A program made the position numbers and the translations under genes. From the NCBI GenBank assembly GCA_965204345.1, contig OZ241981.1, forward strand, positions 416,001 to 480,000: DNA of 64,000 bases, given 5' to 3'. Positions 61,001 through 64,000 of this stretch are shown one piece after another (position 1 is the stretch's first letter; every line of letters begins with the position of its first letter). The notes beneath the pieces were generated by a model. That model made no database searches. It was not told the DNA's origin and saw only the letters and a program-made list of their open reading frames with translations. The DNA is from Nitrosopumilus sp. GTDB lineage: Archaea > Thermoproteota > Nitrososphaeria > Nitrososphaerales > Nitrosopumilaceae.

Positions 61001-64000
61001 GTGATGCTTCCGGCAGTCGAGCCGACATGAACTTGTGGGGCAACAGTGTCTATTGTGACGGTAACTGGTGCAGATGCGGTGTTGAGGTTGCCTGCAAGGT
61101 CTGCTGCCACGTCTGCTGCTATGGATGCAGTTACGGTTCCGTCCGTCGAGCCTCGAGCAACATCAAAGGTGTATGTGCGGGCATCAACTGTTGCAAAGTT
61201 GGTTGCTGTTGGAGTGCCGCCGTTGGCAGTGCCTGTTACTGTAATGTCACCTACCACAAAGTTTTGGACATCCTCGTCAAATGTTGCCGTAAACGTTACT
61301 GGGTCATCACCAGTTGTGGTGCCATCGGCAGGTGTAATGGATACTGATGGGCGTACTCTGTCCACGGTGATAGTGAGGGCACCCTCGTTGTTGCTTTCGA
61401 CTGTCACACCGTCAGGTATGGTTACTGTCAGCTGGCCTTGTGTGGTGATGCCGTGTGTGACTGTAAAGTCGTATTCACGGCCGCTTCCACTAAAGGTATC
61501 TACCAGACCTGGTGTGTCGGTTCCGTCAATTGCCACAGTGATATCAGACAGGATGAATTCTGTGACATTGCCGCTAAATGATGCCGTAAATGGTATGGTA
61601 ACAAGATTGGTGGGATCAGATGCAGTTGTGTCCAGAGATACTGATATGACACGGGTGTCTATGGTGACGGTAACTGGAGCAGATGCGGTGTTGAGGTTGT
61701 TTGCATCATCTGTTGCCACGTCTGCTGCAATTGACACAGTTACGGTTCCGTCCGTCGAGCCGCGGACAACATCAAAGGTGTATGTGCGGCCATCAACTGT
61801 TGCAAAGTTAGATATAGCAGGGTTGCCGCCGTTGGCAGTGCCATTTACTGTAATGTCTCCCAGCTCAAACTCATCAACATCCTCGCTAAATGTTACAGTA
61901 AATGGCACGGTGTCAAATTCAGTGTGTGTCCCCACATCAGATGCCACAGTTACGGTTGGCTTTGTTTGATCTATTGTGACAGTGACAGGACCGATTGGCT
62001 CAGGGTTAGGAGCTCCGCTCTGATCTAAGACCAAAGCAGGAATGACTACGCTTATGGTTCCATCCGATGAGCCTCGAGCAATCTCAAACGCATAAGAGGT
62101 GCCAGAACCTTCAAAGTTGGATATTGCTGGACTGCCGCCGTTAGCAGTGCCTGATACAAAAAGGGATAACGGGGTAAAAGTAACCGCCTCACTAAGTTCT
62201 ACGGCAAATCTCACCCTGTCGGCATTGGTCAGCGGACCTACATCAGGTGTTATGGTTGCAACCGGAGCCAGATCAGATGTGAATTCAGTAGTCGGAAATA
62301 CCGTGTTAGGATTGCCTGCCCTATCAGATGCTGCATTGGCAGGTATGGATACCGTAAAGGGGAGTGGCACGGTGCCGTCTTCGGGGGCGCGTTCCACATC
62401 AAAGGTGTATGTGGTGCTATCTACTATCTCAAAGTTGGATGCCACAGGATTGCCGCCGTTTACGTCACCAGATATCACAATATCGGATAATTCAAACCCG
62501 GTGACATCTTCGGTGAATGTTACGATAAATGGTATGGTGCTAAATGTTGCAAACCTATTAAATGAAACACCGTCAACACTCACGCCAGGTGCCGTAGTAT
62601 CCACTGTTACGGTAACTGAGTTAGAATCCGTATTGAGAACCTCATCGTCGCCTAAATGTGTTACAGTGGCACCGGGCAAGAACGCTGTTATTGTTCCATC
62701 TGATGAACCGCGAGCAACCTCAAAGGTATATTCGTCGGCATCGATTGTCCTAAGATTGCTTACTACAGGATTGCCGCCGTTGGCAGTGCCTGTTATTCTA
62801 AAGTCATTGACATGAAGTCCAAAGATGGATTGGCTGAATGTTACGGTAAACGGTACAACGTCAAGGGAGGTGAAATCATCAGCAGTTGTACTGATATGCG
62901 GAACCGGCTCTGGTCGGTAAAACACGCTAACTGTAGTGTCCAATGTCCTGCCGACGTCAATTATAGTAAAATCGACATCGCATCTTATCGTAGAAGTCGA
63001 GAATTCGGGTCCGGTAAAGGCAAAGGAGTGTGGTGTGAGTTGGGATACTGTGTGAGCACATGAGGAGCTTACAGAATCAACATTTACTCTAAGGGGATTG
63101 TTGTCAGTATAATAGTTATTGATGTCTATGACTACTGGGTCTGTCTGGTTATTAAATACTTGTATGAATCTGACAAGTGTTAATGGACTGGGCGGTTGAT
63201 CAGGGACTATGTCTATATTGATGCTATATGCCCTGCCGGTGCTGACATCCTTGCCATCAGATATGTCAAAGAAAAGCGCACATGACTGAGCTGATTGCGG
63301 TACAAACGAGAACGTATCGCTTAAAGGACCAGGAGAAGTCAGATCCCCAGTACATGTTGTTATAGCGTTAAGAAAGGTCAGGGTGTCGCCGTTAGGATCC
63401 TCAAAGTATTGTTCCACGGAGAAAGATTGGGACTCACTTAGATTTACCAGGATTACAGTCGGCGGCACATCTGGAATAAGAGGTAGTGATTGGGGAGCAA
63501 GAGTAGCAGTGACGGTAACTGGGGCAGATGCGGTGTTGGGGTTGCCTGCAAGGTCTGCTGTTACATTTGCATCTATTAATACGGCCACAGTTCCGTCTGT
63601 GGTGCCGCGGGCAACATCAAAGGTGTATGTACGGGCATCAACTGTTACAAAGTTGGATGCTACAGGACTGCCGCCGTTTGCAGTACCAGTTACTGTAATG
63701 TCAGTTAGCTCAAAGTTCTCAACGTCCTCGCTAAATGTTGCCGTAAACGTTACTGGGTTATCGCTGGTGGTGGTGCCATTGACAGGTGTGATGGTTACAG
63801 TTGGGACTATTCTGTCTACTGTGAATGTAGTGGTATCACTTGCTGTGTTGCCCTCTACTACCGCATTGGCAGGTATGGTTACTGTCAGCTGTCCTCCTGC
63901 GATGATGCCGTGTGTTACTGTAAAGGCATAGTCAGTACCGTTTCCACTAAAGGCAGTTATCAGGTCGCTGACAGGTGTGATGGTGAATCCGTCAATTGTC
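52354..64000 (-). CDS. Giant surface protein / adhesin paralog 2 (partial, at least 3881 aa; start lies beyond the window)
   Basis: The frame stays open from the GTG at 63588 to the window end and continues the Ig-repeat consensus. Same repeats, cassettes, HFS domain and C-terminus as paralog 1. Confidence 0.93.
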   Translation of the reverse strand, partial: TIDGFTITPVSDLITAFSGNGTDYAFTVTHGIIAGGQLTVTIPANAVVEGNTASDTTTFTVDRIVPTVTITPVNGTTTSDNPVTFTATFSEDVENFELTDITVTGTANGGSPVASNFVTVDARTYTFDVARGTTDGTVAVLIDANVTADLAGNPNTASAPVTVTATLAPQSLPLIPDVPPTVILVNLSESQSFSVEQYFEDPNGDTLTFLNAITTCTGDLTSPGPLSDTFSFVPQSAQSCALFFDISDGKDVSTGRAYSINIDIVPDQPPSPLTLVRFIQVFNNQTDPVVIDINNYYTDNNPLRVNVDSVSSSCAHTVSQLTPHSFAFTGPEFSTSTIRCDVDFTIIDVGRTLDTTVSVFYRPEPVPHISTTADDFTSLDVVPFTVTFSQSIFGLHVNDFRITGTANGGNPVVSNLRTIDADEYTFEVARGSSDGTITAFLPGATVTHLGDDEVLNTDSNSVTVTVDTTAPGVSVDGVSFNRFATFSTIPFIVTFTEDVTGFELSDIVISGDVNGGNPVASNFEIVDSTTYTFDVERAPEDGTVPLPFTVSIPANAASDRAGNPNTVFPTTEFTSDLAPVATITPDVGPLTNADRVRFAVELSEAVTFTPLSLFVSGTANGGSPAISNFEGSGTSYAFEIARGSSDGTISVVIPALVLDQSGAPNPEPIGPVTVTIDQTKPTVTVASDVGTHTEFDTVPFTVTFSEDVDEFELGDITVNGTANGGNPAISNFATVDGRTYTFDVVRGSTDGTVTVSIAADVATDDANNLNTASAPVTVTIDTRVISVSLDTTASDPTNLVTIPFTASFSGNVTEFILSDITVAIDGTDTPGLVDTFSGSGREYDFTVTHGITTQGQLTVTIPDGVTVESNNEGALTITVDRVRPSVSITPADGTTTGDDPVTFTATFDEDVQNFVVGDITVTGTANGGTPTATNFATVDARTYTFDVARGSTDGTVTASIAADVAADLAGNLNTASAPVTVTIDTVAPQVHVGSTAGSITSLTTIPFTATFTKSVVNFELGDITVTGTANGGSPAATNFATVDGRTYTFDVLRGSTDGTVTVSIPADVATDTLGNSNTASPRSVTVTIDGTSTNLLPPIPTVPPVITLEYPTLASQSISLSDHFVDPDGDVITFEDLSDLCQGDLSTGSEFLFSSTTAETCILTFNISDGTHTSTDSPYSVTLNVIEDPAPIPGDLTIQVQPGQSRTVNINPNNLYDDNKQLTIVFASWDSFDCDAFDVTDFTPTNFYFIPANEFVTADVCTLEITISDGNREIDTAITIQYLSDPTASITTTADPITNLAAIPFTATFSEDVTEFIRDDIVVAINGTDTSGLISAFSGSGADYTFTVTHGIITQGELTVTIPAGAVAEGNTASTHTLTVDRISPSVSITPVDGTTTSDNPVTFTATFSEDVENFELGDITITGTANGTNPAATNFVTVDGSTYTFDVARGTTDGTVTAFIAAGVVADLAGNSNTASAPVTVTIDTEALTVSVTTTAGDTTNLATVPFTVTFGKAVEDFELADITVEGTANGGTLTASGFAAVDASTYTFNVAGIASDGTVIVSIAADVATDDAENTNMASAPVTVTIDTIVPTVTITPADGTRTSDNPVTFTATFSEDVQNFILDDITVTGTVNGTNPTATNFATVDARTYTFDVARGSSDGTVIPSIAADVATDLAGNSNTASAPVTVTIDTEALIVSVITTAGENTNLDTVPFTVTFNKPVADFVLADITVTGTANGGTPAASNLAGSGNQYTFDIVRGSSDGTVIVSIAADVATDLAGNSNTASAPVTVTIDTNVPSVSVTTTASDLTNSETVSFTATFSEDVTQFVQSDIVVAINGTDTPGLISAFNGSGTDYTFTVTHGITTQGELTVTIPDGAVAEGNTASTHTLTVDRIRPSVSITPVDGTTISDNSVTFTATFSEDVENFELGDITITGSANGTNLVASNFVTVDGSTYTFDVARGTTDGTIIPSIAADVATDLAGNTNTASAPVTVTVDTNVPSVSVTTTASDPTNSETVSFTATFSEDVTQFVQSDIVVAINETDTSGLITAFTETSGTQYDFTVTHGITTQGELTVTIPANAVVEGNTASTHTLTVDRIRPSVSITPVNGTTTSDNSVTFTATFSEDVQNFVLTDITVTGTANGTNPVASNLLGTGSVYTFDVARGTTDGTVIPSIAADVAADLAGNLNTASASVTVTIVDTTVSNFLPPVPAVPPVITLEHPTLTPPTFSLDDHFTDPDGDTLSYTITTEDCGARITQESNGGIFEFLPFNAHTCTISFDISDGTDASTDGAYAVTIMVKEDPRPTERTNLNIVVQPDQSRTVVLDVNELFEDNKELAFSATGHSSNDCTSAIITVQDPPTTLSFDPNDDSAEQCEIRVRVNDGNRDTGYNVTIQYVSAVTVSLSTTANPITNLETIPFTATFSRDVTGFVQSDIAVAINGTDTPNLISAFSGSGADYTFTVTHGITTGGELTVTIPVNAVAEGNTASTTTTLTVDRIVPTVSITPVDGTITGDDPVTFTATFSEDVQNFELGDITVTGTANGGTPAASNFVTVDASTYTFDVARGTTDGTVIPSIAADVATDLAGNSNEVSAPVTVTIDSTIQSVSLSTTAADPTNSETVEFTATFSGDVTGFVQSDIVVAIDGIPASNSLITAFSGSGADYTFTVTHGIAAEGELTVTIPDGAVAEGNTASTHTLTVDRIDPSVTITPANGTTTRDDPVTFTVEFSEDVQDFVLSDITVSGFANDGSPTASNFVTVNARTYTFDVARGSTDGTVNVLIDEGELTDLAGNPNTGSNSVTVTIDTVPLTVSVTTTAGDNTNLATIPFTATFNKDVGDFDLTDITVTGTANGGSPVASDLGGTGSVYTFDVLRGTTDGTVTVSIDALKATDAAGNSNEASAQITVTIDTIAPTVSVSSSIGSSTGLDTVPFTVTFSEDVQNFELGDITVTGTANGTNPVASNFVPVDARTYTFDVARGTSDGTIIPSIAADVAADLAGNSNTASVPVTVTIDTTVPYVSLSTNAADPTNSDTISFTATFSEDVTEFVESDITVAIDGVPSDTPGSLISAFSGSGADYAFTVTHGITTGGELTVTIPDDVVTDGNTDAVHIITVDMVRPSVSITPADGITTTSDDQVTFTATFSEDVQNFELGDITVTGTANSGNPVASNIGGDGSVYTFNVARGSTDGTIVVSIAADVAADLAGNLNTASAPVTVTINTTGDTIEDNIPLGSDVVRTYLASSNLITLNVIHDTLPETIFTTDGQLLDFNGAPTFGTANPTVPKSVTISDSVTVVNSTLSDSQTVTVTYPANVVVSDSSGDWTGRIAVPSLSTGTVTPPTPNDEIGLAFSVGDDNTRLTFDQAVRLLLPGQASYEGAFFSEEVADGVVDSRSLVVCPFVPVNQTTANTNLEAGTALESCFVRDGSDMIIWTTHFSSFGSFSTVPVEPTPSTPSSSRSGGGGGGGGGGGGGASLPSSGSSVANGASAAVLYDVQWDVCEANTINVIAGPATDNLSVKLRTYAGVITAERSDEQSHPGRISFDASLSPNESFVHVQVENIVSRGISTDSKSLNITECSGSVSVNTYESSSPVITGGSAVVTPDQPSSTADLPTDTMPDIQTVPIPGLTPVQTPQLVREFLADFTDITNDNTGMRLTDFQTLQSNPDKYAETVLGISGQTVTTVALTDRPGSEESNNNANLFLQISSSDDMVNSMRGVLLGGDTIEIVAGDGSRTIVPTSAEIAIASEDAVVVSQKSGMKINDRTTQVDLPDVLKEFLNTNIEFTNEDTGETLTQYMVLQSVPDVFAEKELGISGQTVTTIAFPDRYGREDSNDDLNVFVQFTHTDEQVNSLRGIQQGGNAISVSTNGVEQGILTQTVEIPLG

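Noticed and set aside
63588-63588. GTG start assigned to paralog 2 by the ORF track
   Set aside because: It falls mid-Ig-repeat with no signal peptide, and the frame is open to the window end.

Overview
Chromosomal window from an ammonia-oxidising archaeon of the Nitrosopumilaceae, inferred from gene content and style. Long decayed spacers and giant surface proteins suggest a host-associated lineage, which is also inference. Bases 1-21.6 kb and 47.3-51.9 kb hold compact core genes: MqnE-like radical SAM, TPR proteins, Lrp regulators, a DnaJ-domain protein, an HD hydrolase, Fe/Mn SOD, an SNF2 helicase, PAC2, ArsC/Spx, SWIM proteins, DppB/C, JAMM and SRPBCC. There are also several Cys/His-rich microproteins missed by the ORF track and a small AT-rich HATPase + STAS island. 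About 37 kb of the window is a giant surface-protein locus on the minus strand: a complete 8441-aa gene (21868-47193), a paralog running off the window end (52354->64000, at least 3881 aa) and a decayed 3' relic of a third copy (~50864-51125). These proteins are built from Ig-like repeats interleaved with variable Cys-paired cadherin-like cassettes. The first has a 7 x 1500-bp tandem array. The two paralogs share modules in swapped order and a near-identical 3' ~2.7 kb. In the complete protein the Ig stalk is bracketed by two copies of a domain ending WTT-HFS-SFG, a GAIN/ZU5/Nup98-type autoproteolysis motif. The best candidate for a new system is a recombination-diversified, possibly self-cleaving and sheddable archaeal giant adhesin family with an unrecognised C-terminal anchor. 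No rRNA, tRNA, CRISPR array or intact transposase was seen.
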